NCBI GenBank assembly: GCA_050250855.1
Contig: JBFWNW010000002.1
Coordinates: forward strand, 96,001-160,000
From: Candidatus Babeliales bacterium
GTDB taxonomy: Bacteria > Babelota > Babeliae > Babelales > JACPOV01
Direction of reading: 5' to 3'
DNA length: 64,000 bases
The translations under genes were made by a program, and so were the position numbers. Position 1 is the stretch's first letter. Each line of letters opens with the position of its first letter. The notes beneath the pieces are model-generated. The model was not told the origin of the DNA. It saw only the letters and a list, made by a program, of their open reading frames with translations, and searched no databases. Below, in pieces: positions 29,221 to 39,832 of this stretch.

Positions 29221-30836
29221 TACGTGATATTTTTATTCCAGAAAAAGTTGGTACGTATTATCTATCACCAAAACGCATTATAGGATTTGATATAACCAAA
29301 ACATACGTATACGCTTCACAAGTTTATTGCGCTGGCTCTTCTATTACGTTGGAAAAATTTTATCAAGAACAGATTGACCCTGATGTTACAAGATCTTATG
29401 TAGAACGAGTGAGCCAAGCAATTAGAGCAATTATGAGCCAAGCTCCTTATTGCGATGAAATGAGATCTTCTCTTTCAAGTACCTTAATTGTTTTTAAAGA
29501 ATTAACATTACCGTTCTTGAATGCAGAAAAAATTTCCTTACTCTTGCCGTATGAAATTGAACAATCATTACCATTTTCATTACACGATGCAGTTGTTGAT
29601 TTTATTACTACAAAGCAAACAGTTCAACAAGGAACATCAGACGTTATTGCTGCTGCTACCCAGAAAGAATATATTGCAGAGCAAATAGTTTATTTTGAAC
29701 AAGCTGGCTACAACCCTACAACTCTCACTGTTGATCTTTTTGATCTTTATGGCCTTTATCGCCAAATTCCTTCTTATGCAACATCGGAGGAAACGGTGGC
29801 CCTTATTGATATAGAATTTAATATAACCAGAATTTGTTTTATTATTGATGGTCAATTAAAACTTGTGCGCACATTACAGCGCGGCATTGCAAATATTGCA
29901 AAAACAATGGCTCAAGAACTTTCTGCTGCTAATGGAAAAGCACTAGAAGATCTTGTCAGATTTGGTCTAGAAAAACATGACGATGCATCCTATACGACTG
30001 CTGCACAAAAAGCAATGCAGATGTTCTTAAAAGATATTCAGTTCACCTTGCAATCATTTATAACGCAAACAGGCTATCAAGAAAAAATTAATAAAATTTT
30101 ATTACTGGGCCGAGGCTCTGAAATTAATAATCTTGAGCAGTTCTTTACTAAAAATTTGAGTATTGAAACCGTGCTTTTTGATACGAATGCTTTATTAAAA
30201 CTACCAAATGTTTCAATAAAAACAGGCGTGCGTATTCCGCGTGCAAATAGCATAAGTTTATCTACAGCTTTCCCTACTACTATTACTGAAAGATTCAATT
30301 TACGCCAACAAGAGTTTGCTATTCCCTCAACCGTTACGTTTTACAAACAGTTTTTTGTAGCAGTTACTCTTTTTCTGTCAACATTCTTAATGCTCTTTAT
30401 GCACAGCTATTGGCAAAAAAGAACGCTAGCTCATACGGCAACAGCAATGGAAAAAGCGGTAGTAAATAAACTTAATGAGCTTGATCTAACGGATAAAAAA
30501 CAGTTTGCTACTGCTCTTGAAGATGCAGAGGAAAAAGTTGCACGAGAAGAAGAATTATGGTTTGGTTTTTCTCGTCAAACACGTTTTTCTTTCCTTAAAG
30601 CATTGCAAGATTTAAGCATTCTTATAGATAGAAAAGGCCTTGGACTTCAGCTTAAAAAAATGATCATTACCACCAATGAAATTACCCTAGAGGGTGAGGT
30701 CAGAGGATTTGAAGAACTAAAAACGCTTGAACGCGAATTGCGAGAATCAAAACTATTTGCCTATGTTCCTACACTGCAAGAGCTTAAATTTAATGAAAAG
30801 TTACCATTACGTAAAAATAATGAGGGACCTCAATGA
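29217..30836 (+). CDS. GspL/PilM-like protein (actin-like cytoplasmic domain + TM + periplasmic domain)
   Basis: IGFDI, ELTLPF, YEIEQSLPF, ALIDI, single TM, ITLEG; position in the T2SS cluster. Confidence 0.7.
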   Translation: MIRDIFIPEKVGTYYLSPKRIIGFDITKTYVYASQVYCAGSSITLEKFYQEQIDPDVTRSYVERVSQAIRAIMSQAPYCDEMRSSLSSTLIVFKELTLPFLNAEKISLLLPYEIEQSLPFSLHDAVVDFITTKQTVQQGTSDVIAAATQKEYIAEQIVYFEQAGYNPTTLTVDLFDLYGLYRQIPSYATSEETVALIDIEFNITRICFIIDGQLKLVRTLQRGIANIAKTMAQELSAANGKALEDLVRFGLEKHDDASYTTAAQKAMQMFLKDIQFTLQSFITQTGYQEKINKILLLGRGSEINNLEQFFTKNLSIETVLFDTNALLKLPNVSIKTGVRIPRANSISLSTAFPTTITERFNLRQQEFAIPSTVTFYKQFFVAVTLFLSTFLMLFMHSYWQKRTLAHTATAMEKAVVNKLNELDLTDKKQFATALEDAEEKVAREEELWFGFSRQTRFSFLKALQDLSILIDRKGLGLQLKKMIITTNEITLEGEVRGFEELKTLERELRESKLFAYVPTLQELKFNEKLPLRKNNEGPQ

Positions 30837-31402
30837 CGATAGTTAACCATATTAAAGAATTCATTGAGCAACTTGATGAAGCAGCTTTTAAGCGTTACAT
30901 AGTTACCTTTTTTGCTCTTTTTTTCCTCTGCATAGGTTTTATTATATATCGCTACTATAGTGGCGTTTCAGTTATAAAAAATCGCATTGATACTATTAAT
31001 AAAAAAAGAAAAGAGGTTAAAAATCTCTTAGAACGTTTTGAAGTTGTTAAAGTACAAAAAACGGAAGTAGATACACTTCTTGAAAAAGATGCAGCATTTA
31101 AAATTGGTGGTTATTTTGATACTATTATTAATCAACTAGGCATAGCCGGTAATCAAACTCGTGCTCCTGAAACTTCATCTGAAGAGCTAGATAATGGCTA
31201 CACTGAAGTTAAGTTGTATGCAAGCTTTACCAACATGAATACACAAAAGCTTGTAGCATTACTTGACACACTTGAGCAAAATGAACGAATCTATACAAAA
31301 GAAGTTGAAATTTATAAACCAGATGTTGGCAAAACAATCAACATAAATATTTTAATTGCAACGCTTGAACCAAAAATTGAAACAACTGAAATAACGGAGT
31401 GA
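30833..31402 (+). CDS. GspM-like protein
   Basis: TM + coiled coil + LVALLDTLE pattern; follows the GspL-like gene. Confidence 0.6.
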   Translation: MTIVNHIKEFIEQLDEAAFKRYIVTFFALFFLCIGFIIYRYYSGVSVIKNRIDTINKKRKEVKNLLERFEVVKVQKTEVDTLLEKDAAFKIGGYFDTIINQLGIAGNQTRAPETSSEELDNGYTEVKLYASFTNMNTQKLVALLDTLEQNERIYTKEVEIYKPDVGKTININILIATLEPKIETTEITE

Positions 31403-31404
31403 TT

Positions 31405-33957
31405 ATGCTAAACAAGCGTTTTATATTTCTTGTAAGCATAGTACTATTTACTACGCATGCATTAATGAGTACTGAAGAAATTTCTTTAAAAAAAGATGAT
31501 TCAGTAAAAAAAACTCATACAAGAACTGGCAAAAAAAAAATTAAATTCGAGTTTACGGATAAACCTCTTGTAGATATTATCAATGAACTCGCACAAGAAA
31601 AAAAACTAAATATTATTCTTCCGCAAGGTGATCCTGTTGAAATAAAAACAAAGGTAACCTATCATCTTAAAAAACCTTTAACCCTTGCACAAGCATGGAA
31701 AGAAGTTATTTCACTACTTGACCTTGCTGGCTATACTATGCAGCCGCAGGGCACTGATATGCTTCTTATTAGAAAAGTTGATGATAATATAAAAAAACAA
31801 ATTACTTCAATCTTTATTGATCAACCTCTCGATAAATTACCTGATAATGAAAACTTTATTCGTGCTGTTTTTTATTTGGCCAATATAAATCTTAAAAATG
31901 AGTCTAGCTGGGGGGATTTAAATCCCATATTAACCGATATGCTTTCAGCTAAAGCAAATATCCAGGTTGATAAAAAAACTAACGCTTTAATTTTAACTGA
32001 CAAAGCAACCAATATAAAATCGGTTATGAAAATAGTTTTGGAGCTTGATAAAGGTGGCCCTAAAGATAGCATTGAAGTTATTCCTCTTTACTATACCTCA
32101 GCAGATGATATTCAAAAACTTTTTGATCAACTGCTTGCACCACGTCAACAACCAGTACCTGGTGCTCCTCCTGTGCAAGAGCAAGCTTCTTATTTTCCTA
32201 AAAATACAAGAATTATTGCATTGCCGCGTAATAATAATTTAGTAATTATGGGTACGCCGTATACTATAGATCTAGTGCGTGATTTTATTATTAAATATAT
32301 TGACCGTCCTTTAGAATCTGGTGAATCAATTCTTCATATTTATGATTTACAATATCTTGATGCACAGCAATTTCAGCCCGTTTTACAACAAATTGTAAGT
32401 CCTGGGCAAACAGGACAAAGTACTGGACAGGCTGTAGCTCAAGGGCCTAAGCAATATTTCCAGGGCGTTATTATTGCTGCCGAAAAAACAAGCGAAACGG
32501 AACAGCTTGCACCGTCAACCGTAGGCACCAATGGTTCAACGGCTGGCGCACAGCCACAAGCAGAAACCGCAAAAGTAGGTGGTAATCGTTTACTTATTGC
32601 AGCACGTAAAAAAGATTGGATTCGCATTAAGCAACTTATTGAGGATCTTGATAAACCCCAACCACAAATTTCTTTAGAAGTACTTGTTGCTGATATAACT
32701 CTCAATAGCGATAAATTATTAGGCAGCCAAATGCGCAACAAACAAGGCTGGAATGATGCCATTTCACAAGGTGTTGATTGGCAAAGTGCACAACTTAACC
32801 AGCCTGTATTAAAAGCTGCACCTATAAATCCCGATGGTACCGGCGCTAGTGATATCTTCACTCAATTACCTGCAGATGCCCTTATGTCAAACTTATTGCA
32901 ATTGAATGATCCTTTTGGCAATGGCCAAAACCTTGCATCAGTTATGACACCTGGATCTTTAGTATTTTCTTTAAAAGATTCTGCCAATAATGGCATTTGG
33001 AGTGTTTGGCAATTTATTAATAACTACACCACAGCAACGCTTATCGCTCAACCCTTTGTGGTTACCAAAAATCACCAACAAGCAAGTGTAACTATTGCAC
33101 AGCAACGATTCGTTGCTGGTAAAGCAGATACCAGTAATACTGCCGTTAACGTTGCTAATGAATGGATTACCGCTGCATTTACTATTGATATTCTTCCTCA
33201 TATAAGTAGCTCTGGTAATGTCAATTTACAAGTAGTGGTAAAAATAAACCAGTTTGCATCCTCTGATGTTACTAACAACACGCGCTTGACGCGCTTAGTA
33301 CAAACCAATGCAAACGTTGGCGATGGTCAAATTTTAGCTCTTGGTGGCCTAACGCGTGAATCAACGGATGATGCTATGCGAGAAACTCCGGTTTTAGGAA
33401 ATTTCCCCATCTTAGGATGGTTCTTTAAAGCGAAGCAAAAAATTAAGGAACGTAATAACCTTATCATTTTTATTAGACCAGTAATTGATAAAGAGATTGT
33501 CGGTGGTACAAGCAAATTTACTCAACGCAAACTTGCTTATGCTAAAGATAGTATTGATGAAAGTCTTTGCTTTGAAAATCTTAATGACCCTATTACGCGT
33601 TGGTTCTTTAAGCCTGATCCGTTCTATGCAAAAAATACTATTGATGAGTACAAACATATAACGCAAAAACATCGTGAGCCATCTGGAAAAGCTGAAGACG
33701 TGAAAGTTTTAGCTGAGCAATCTGTAGATAAAAAAACTATACGAGAGCTTGTTAAAAATGAAACAAATCCTTTATTAAATACGCAAGAAGAAAAATCTGT
33801 GCATATTGCCACCACAAAATCTTCTCCTGCACGCAAAGAACGTTCTGTGCAAGAGAAAAGAATGCATGATATTATTGCAAAAGAAGCTTCATGCCAAGAC
33901 TTAAAACTATTACTTGAAGACGCAGAAAATCCTTTACTTGCTAATTCTCAAGCATAG
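31405..33957 (+). CDS. gspD: Secretin (GspD-like), copy 2
   Basis: N-domains (DKKTNALIL, PRNNNLVI), LDKPQPQI, ETPVLGNFPILGWFFK, LIIFIRP. Confidence 0.85.
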   Translation: MLNKRFIFLVSIVLFTTHALMSTEEISLKKDDSVKKTHTRTGKKKIKFEFTDKPLVDIINELAQEKKLNIILPQGDPVEIKTKVTYHLKKPLTLAQAWKEVISLLDLAGYTMQPQGTDMLLIRKVDDNIKKQITSIFIDQPLDKLPDNENFIRAVFYLANINLKNESSWGDLNPILTDMLSAKANIQVDKKTNALILTDKATNIKSVMKIVLELDKGGPKDSIEVIPLYYTSADDIQKLFDQLLAPRQQPVPGAPPVQEQASYFPKNTRIIALPRNNNLVIMGTPYTIDLVRDFIIKYIDRPLESGESILHIYDLQYLDAQQFQPVLQQIVSPGQTGQSTGQAVAQGPKQYFQGVIIAAEKTSETEQLAPSTVGTNGSTAGAQPQAETAKVGGNRLLIAARKKDWIRIKQLIEDLDKPQPQISLEVLVADITLNSDKLLGSQMRNKQGWNDAISQGVDWQSAQLNQPVLKAAPINPDGTGASDIFTQLPADALMSNLLQLNDPFGNGQNLASVMTPGSLVFSLKDSANNGIWSVWQFINNYTTATLIAQPFVVTKNHQQASVTIAQQRFVAGKADTSNTAVNVANEWITAAFTIDILPHISSSGNVNLQVVVKINQFASSDVTNNTRLTRLVQTNANVGDGQILALGGLTRESTDDAMRETPVLGNFPILGWFFKAKQKIKERNNLIIFIRPVIDKEIVGGTSKFTQRKLAYAKDSIDESLCFENLNDPITRWFFKPDPFYAKNTIDEYKHITQKHREPSGKAEDVKVLAEQSVDKKTIRELVKNETNPLLNTQEEKSVHIATTKSSPARKERSVQEKRMHDIIAKEASCQDLKLLLEDAENPLLANSQA

Positions 33958-35191
33958 CAAGAGCAAGTTCATCTTCAATCATAAGTAAGCGGTTATATTT
34001 TGCCAGGCGCTCACCACGGGAAAGTCCGCCAGCTTTTATTTGCCCAGCATTAGCACCAACAGCAAGGTCTGCAATAAAAGCATCATTGGTTTCGCCCGAA
34101 CGGTGAGAAACTAAGGTATTAAACCCATGCTCCTGGCATAATTGAAGGGCTTGTAGCGTTTCTGTGATGGTACCTATTTGATTTGGCTTAATAATAGATC
34201 CTGTTGCCAATCCTTCGATAATACCTTGATAGATACGTGTTGGATTGGTTGCAAAAATATCATCGCCAAGAATTTGAATTTTTTTGCCCAAGGTTGCCGT
34301 CAATGTTTGCCAACCTTCAATATCAAAAGCAACAAGACCATCTTCTAAAGAAAAAATAGGATAATCTTGCACCCATTGACCATAGAGCTCAATAAGTTCT
34401 TGCGTAGAAATTAATTTGCCATACCATTCGTACGCTTTTTTTTGTTTGTTGTAAAAAAATGATGCTGCAGCATCAAGCGCAATTTTAAAAAGAGATTCTG
34501 CTTTAAGTGATTGTATAGTTTCCATTAATAGATCTAATGCTTGTCTGTCATCAGTTAATAATGGTGCAAAACCACCTTCATCGCCAACACACGTCAATAA
34601 TTTTTTACGTTTTAATATATCTTTTAATCTATGATAAAATTCAACACCATATTCAAGTGACTGACGAAAATTTTGTGCTCCAGAAGGCACAATCATAAAC
34701 TCTTGTATATGAAGTTTATTATCTGCATGCATGCCGCCATTAATAACATTAAAAAAAGGAATTGGCAGCATAACTGATTCATAACCTAATAACTGAGCAA
34801 TAAATTCATACAACTCCATTTCATTAACTACTGCTTGCGCTTTAATAACTGCCATACTCGCCGCAAGCATACTATTAGCTCCCAGTTTACTTTTGTCATC
34901 AGTACCATCAAGTTGCAAAAGAATTTGATCAATAACAACAACATCAGGTTCTTTGCCAACAAGAGCTGGTGCAATAATTTCTTCTATAATTTGGATAGCT
35001 TTTGAAATTCCTTGGCCGTTAAAGCGATCACCGCCATCACGCAGCTCATGCGCTTCGTAAGGACCTTTTGATTTTCCAGCAGGAACCGCTGACGCAACAA
35101 AAAAACCATCATCTAAATAAAGATAGCATGCTATGGTTGGATATCCGCGTGAATCAAAAATCTCTCGGGCTTGAATTTTTGCTATTTTCAT
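33941..35191 (-). CDS. eno: Enolase
   Basis: DSRGYPT, ELRD, GDEGGFAP, KPNQIGT, SHRSGET, GERLAKYN. Confidence 0.95.
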   Translation of the reverse strand: MKIAKIQAREIFDSRGYPTIACYLYLDDGFFVASAVPAGKSKGPYEAHELRDGGDRFNGQGISKAIQIIEEIIAPALVGKEPDVVVIDQILLQLDGTDDKSKLGANSMLAASMAVIKAQAVVNEMELYEFIAQLLGYESVMLPIPFFNVINGGMHADNKLHIQEFMIVPSGAQNFRQSLEYGVEFYHRLKDILKRKKLLTCVGDEGGFAPLLTDDRQALDLLMETIQSLKAESLFKIALDAAASFFYNKQKKAYEWYGKLISTQELIELYGQWVQDYPIFSLEDGLVAFDIEGWQTLTATLGKKIQILGDDIFATNPTRIYQGIIEGLATGSIIKPNQIGTITETLQALQLCQEHGFNTLVSHRSGETNDAFIADLAVGANAGQIKAGGLSRGERLAKYNRLLMIEDELALAMLEN

Positions 35192-35297
35192 AGCTTCCTT
35201 TTTTGTTCTGTTTTGAAATTTGTTATATTATTTTTAATGTACTCTATCAAGAAATTATACTCAATAGTTCCTCTGAAAAATGTAAAGCTGAAATACC

Positions 35298-35720
35298 TTA
35301 TACATTCTCGCTATAAAACAGTTTCTTTATAAAGCAAGCAACACCATCACGGCTTGCATCAAAATGCGGTTGAGGAAGATTTTGAGGGTCAACCCAGCGC
35401 CATTCAGCACACTTTTCTGGCTCCATGAGCTTCAGTTCACCCGTAAAATCTTTTGCAAGCAAAATAACTGATGCGTAATGCTTGCCAAACTCTTTATACG
35501 TCTCAAGGTTGTTGGTAATTGCTATTACTTTTGGATCATGAATAATAAGATTAGTTTCTTCTTTAATTTCGCGCACAGCGCACTGCTCAAATGTTTCGCC
35601 TAGCTCTAATTTACCGCCAGGAATTGACCAAAAGGGCGCATGGCTATTAATACGCTTGCCAACTAAAATCTTGCCGTTATGCTCAATAATTACGCCAATG
35701 CCAACGCGAACTATTTCCAT
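35298..35720 (-). CDS. Nudix hydrolase (NUDT15-like)
   Basis: PGGKLELGETFEQCAVREIKEETNL Nudix box; EPEKC..W.W. Confidence 0.9.
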   Translation of the reverse strand: MEIVRVGIGVIIEHNGKILVGKRINSHAPFWSIPGGKLELGETFEQCAVREIKEETNLIIHDPKVIAITNNLETYKEFGKHYASVILLAKDFTGELKLMEPEKCAEWRWVDPQNLPQPHFDASRDGVACFIKKLFYSENV

Positions 35721-35722
35721 AC

Positions 35723-37489
35723 TTATTTTTTTACCGGCAACTTTTTCAATCCATATTCAAGAAGTTGCTTATCATCAACTGGCGTAGGACTTTCCATTAA
35801 TGGATCATAACCATTTGCCATCTTAGGGAATGCAATAACTTCACGAATAGATGTTGACTCCGTTAAAAGCATAATAAGGCGATCAAGGCCGAGGGCTATG
35901 CCACCGTGCGGAGGAAAGCCAAGTTCTTGCGCTTCTAATAAAAAGCCAAATTTTTCTTTTGTTTGTTCATCAGATAATCCAAGAAGTTCAAAAATCTTTT
36001 TTTGTACTTCTGGTTTATAAATACGAATAGAACCGCCACCAAGTTCAATACCATTAAGCACAATATCGTACGCTCGCGCCTTCATATCATGCGGCTTAAG
36101 ATTTTCCCAGCCCTCTTGTGGTGAGGTAAAAGGGTGATGTGCTGAAGACCACGATTTACTTTCTTTATCATATTCAAGTAATGGAAAATCAGTCACCCAT
36201 GATAGATTTAAAACATTTTTAGGAATCATATCAAGAGCATGCGCTACCATTAAACGCAAGCGGCCTAAAAGTTCCCATGCCTCTTTATAGTCGCCAGCAA
36301 TTAAAAATAATACATCACCATGCGCAAGGCCTGGCACTACCGTTCTTAACTGCTCATAAAAATCTGTCGGCAAAAATTTGGCAACAGGGGTTTCAATTTT
36401 ATCTTCTTCTATCTTCATCCATAGCAAACCTTTTGCGCCAATTTCTTGTGCTCGGTCAACCCAACGCACGAGCTCAGAACGCGAAATATCTTTGCCTTGA
36501 ACATAGATACCCCCAATTTTACCACCTTTATCAAGCACATCGCGTAAAAATTTAAGCTCAGTTTTTTCAAAAAGCTTGGTAAAATCTTGAATTTCCATGC
36601 CAAAACGCAGATCAGGTTTATCTGAACCATAATGAGAAAATGCATGATCATAGGTCATGCGCGATAGTGGTAATGAAATTGTTTTATTAAATAATTTTTT
36701 AAAAAGAAACGCAAAAAGCTGCTCAATTAAACTTTGCACATCCTGTTCTTTAATGAATGACATTTCAATATCAAGCTGAGTAAATTCTGGCTGACGATCA
36801 GCGCGCAAATCTTCATCACGAAAACAACGGGCAATCTGGAAATAACGCTCCAAGCCGCCGGCCATTAAAAGTTGCTTATAAAGCTGCGGAGATTGTGGTA
36901 GCGCATAAAAATAGGTTGGCTTGCAACGAGAAGGGACTAAAAATTCTCGTGCTCCTTCTGGCGTATTTTTTGTCAAAATAGGGGTTTCGATTTCATAAAA
37001 ACCTTGGTTTTGCAAAAATTCGCGCATGGCAAAAATAACATCATTGCGCAAGCGCATACGCTCCTGCATATAGTTCGTACGCAAATCAAGATAGCGGTAT
37101 TTTAGGCGCAACTCTTCATCAACATGCGATGCTTCATCAAGCATAAAGGGCAAGGTTTTTGCCTTATTTAAAATAGTCAGTTCTTCAACTTGAATTTCAA
37201 AATCACCAGTTTTTAAATCAGAGTTCTTGGTTTCTGGCGCGCGCTCAATAACGGTACCCTTAATTGAAATAACATATTCTGAGCGCAATGAATGGGCCAT
37301 TTCATGTACTTTTGGATTTTTATCAGGATTAAGCACCAACTGCACTATGCCGCTACGATCGCGTAAATCAATAAAAATCAATCCGCCATGATCTCGACGT
37401 CTTGCAACCCATCCTGCCAAAGAAACTTCTTTATTCAAGTGGGCTTTATCAATCAACCCGCAACCGGTAGTACGTTCATAATAATGCAT
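35723..37489 (-). CDS. aspS: Aspartate--tRNA ligase
   Basis: RDHGGLIFIDLRD, LPQSPQLYKQ, FRDEDLRADRQPEFTQ, PPHGGIALGLDR. Confidence 0.97.
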   Translation of the reverse strand: MHYYERTTGCGLIDKAHLNKEVSLAGWVARRRDHGGLIFIDLRDRSGIVQLVLNPDKNPKVHEMAHSLRSEYVISIKGTVIERAPETKNSDLKTGDFEIQVEELTILNKAKTLPFMLDEASHVDEELRLKYRYLDLRTNYMQERMRLRNDVIFAMREFLQNQGFYEIETPILTKNTPEGAREFLVPSRCKPTYFYALPQSPQLYKQLLMAGGLERYFQIARCFRDEDLRADRQPEFTQLDIEMSFIKEQDVQSLIEQLFAFLFKKLFNKTISLPLSRMTYDHAFSHYGSDKPDLRFGMEIQDFTKLFEKTELKFLRDVLDKGGKIGGIYVQGKDISRSELVRWVDRAQEIGAKGLLWMKIEEDKIETPVAKFLPTDFYEQLRTVVPGLAHGDVLFLIAGDYKEAWELLGRLRLMVAHALDMIPKNVLNLSWVTDFPLLEYDKESKSWSSAHHPFTSPQEGWENLKPHDMKARAYDIVLNGIELGGGSIRIYKPEVQKKIFELLGLSDEQTKEKFGFLLEAQELGFPPHGGIALGLDRLIMLLTESTSIREVIAFPKMANGYDPLMESPTPVDDKQLLEYGLKKLPVKK

Positions 37490-37555
37490 GAAAAATCCTT
37501 TTTAAAAGGGCTAAAAACCTACACTTAGTCTAACAAATGACATAGATTAAAGCAA

Positions 37556-37588
37556 TAAGGGATGCTTAGTGCATCCCTTAAAAAAAAA
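37556..37588. terminator. Intrinsic terminator hairpin
   Basis: Perfect 10-bp stem taagggatgc-ttagt-gcatccctta after the barrel gene. Confidence 0.65.
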
Positions 37589-37611
37589 TTACTCAACTTA
37601 CAATAGCTACC

Positions 37612-39615
37612 TTAAAACCTATACTCAATACCAATATTAATAGTATAAGCAATATTATCACCAAGAAGCGGATTTGCATCAACAGTAATACCCGTTACAT
37701 CAGAGTTATCAATCAATTTTAAATCATCACGATTTAGTGGCATTCCCTTAATATCTGCATAATGACCACCCGGAACAAACATAGAACCAACTACATAAAT
37801 TTTGCAGGCATCAAGCAGCGTAGCATCAATAAATGCATTCGCTTCCAAACCTAAATAGTTGCGTGCAAATTTAGTTGGTGAAGACATGCCAGTAGTAATA
37901 TCAAAAGCACGTGTTTTTCTTTGCTGCCAGTATGCAATAATATTTGGGTTAATATTAAAATTACGATCGCCACAATCTTTACGCCAGTGCAGCCCTGAGC
38001 CAACCAAAATAATATTAGTAAAACCAGAAACTACGGATGGCAAACGCTCAACAACCTCATTTGACGTAGGCAATGAAAGAGGACGCGGCACCTTACCAAC
38101 ACCACCAAGCAAGAATACACTGCGCACGCGATAGCCAGAATAAATTTCTTGCAGCCCAACAAACCCTTTAAAATCCCCATCAACATTACTATCGTTAGGA
38201 TTATCAAGATCTTTATTAGGATTTTCATCACCCGATGCAACACCAGCAGTCCATGCGATTTTCCAATTTCTTTTTTCACCAAATTTATAGGCTGCATCAG
38301 CAACGGCCATCCATCCTTTAAATTTATTAACTGATGGATTACGAAAACGATTAATATCATTATAAAGCGTTGTAGGAGCAACTTCACCAGGAGGAGTAGC
38401 TACACCTATTGGTCTGCCATTTTGTGATGCATCTTCAGCTGAAGTATTAACAAGTTGCTGAGCAGCACTATTAGCAACATAGCGCGTTTTGGGACCATTA
38501 GCTGCACCATTATGAACACGAGAATTTACTAAAATAACTTGTCCTTGGCTATTTTGAAACTCAACCATATTACGATCATAACCAGGAACTACTTGATGTC
38601 CAAAGTTTAATGCGGTATCAAAACCAGCTTCCCAATCTGAAAAGAATGTTTCACCCGCAAAACCAAGTGTTGCTAATTTTGCTCGTGCATCAGCATTAAA
38701 TTCAACCATTTGCTCAGGAGCATTATTAAAAAGAAGATACGGCTCAAAAGCAAGACGCGTATTTTTTTCTTGAATAGGATACCAGCGCAATCTACTTGCT
38801 ACTATAAAATCCATAACGCCTGAACCACGCTCTTGCACTCGTCTTCTGCCAAATTCTTGGCCACGAATTTTAAGCGCAGTGTTTGCCATGCTATCAGTCT
38901 TATTTTGCAAAATGGCGCCATATAAATCATACGCTAAATATTCTTTGGAAATATCACCTGAAGCTTTAAAACCAAATGCATATTGATCAATAACGTTATC
39001 TGAATAAAACCCCAAAATACGTGGGCCAACAGCATATGCATTACCTAAAGCAATACCACGGCCTAATTCAAAAGGAAATGCTCCTAGGGTAAAATAATGA
39101 TCATTCTGAAAATGTAAATCTAATGCAGCATTAATATTAAATTTAAGCCAAATTTCTCGGATCCACACAACATGGCGCGTAATATAATGTTTATGATCAC
39201 CAAAAACGGCTTCTAAAAGTTTCAAATTAGTAGGAGACGTTTGCGCTATACTTTCTGGATTTCCCCATACCCCTTTATTTCTGAAAGTAAGAAAAAATTC
39301 ACTGACATCATGGCCATAGAATTTTTTTCCATACAATGTTTGAAAGTTGAAATCTATAGTATGGCGATTAACAATAAATTTATCTGATTGATTATTACGG
39401 TTAAGCAACGTTGCTCGTTTATAATAAAAACTTTCTGGCCTAAATTTAATTTGAGCACGCCACTGCGTATTACCCCAATCTATAAATAAATTATCACGCT
39501 TTGGAAGCTCACAGCCGCTATGGCATGAATTCCCCAATTGAGAATGATCAGTTGAATAAGAAAATAGTGAGGCTAAAAAAAGAGGTATTACTATACTAAT
39601 ATGTAAACGCGCCAT
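37612..39615 (-). CDS. Probable outer-membrane beta-barrel protein
   Basis: Signal peptide, alternating amphipathic strands, C-terminal YTINIGIEYRF beta-signal. Confidence 0.7.
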   Translation of the reverse strand: MARLHISIVIPLFLASLFSYSTDHSQLGNSCHSGCELPKRDNLFIDWGNTQWRAQIKFRPESFYYKRATLLNRNNQSDKFIVNRHTIDFNFQTLYGKKFYGHDVSEFFLTFRNKGVWGNPESIAQTSPTNLKLLEAVFGDHKHYITRHVVWIREIWLKFNINAALDLHFQNDHYFTLGAFPFELGRGIALGNAYAVGPRILGFYSDNVIDQYAFGFKASGDISKEYLAYDLYGAILQNKTDSMANTALKIRGQEFGRRRVQERGSGVMDFIVASRLRWYPIQEKNTRLAFEPYLLFNNAPEQMVEFNADARAKLATLGFAGETFFSDWEAGFDTALNFGHQVVPGYDRNMVEFQNSQGQVILVNSRVHNGAANGPKTRYVANSAAQQLVNTSAEDASQNGRPIGVATPPGEVAPTTLYNDINRFRNPSVNKFKGWMAVADAAYKFGEKRNWKIAWTAGVASGDENPNKDLDNPNDSNVDGDFKGFVGLQEIYSGYRVRSVFLLGGVGKVPRPLSLPTSNEVVERLPSVVSGFTNIILVGSGLHWRKDCGDRNFNINPNIIAYWQQRKTRAFDITTGMSSPTKFARNYLGLEANAFIDATLLDACKIYVVGSMFVPGGHYADIKGMPLNRDDLKLIDNSDVTGITVDANPLLGDNIAYTINIGIEYRF

Positions 39616-39832
39616 GCAATCCCTTAGAGCACAAAAATATTAAATAATTACTACGCAACCGGACTGCTTCAGAAACAACTATCTTTTTTGGAAAGAGAAA
39701 GGAAAAATCCTATTAATGAATAGTACATACAGGTTAAAGTTTTTGCATAAATTGTCAATAAATTCAGGTATACTTACTATCTTTTTTTAATGCATCTGTT
39801 AGCCTTAAAAAAAATATTTTAATGGAATTATT

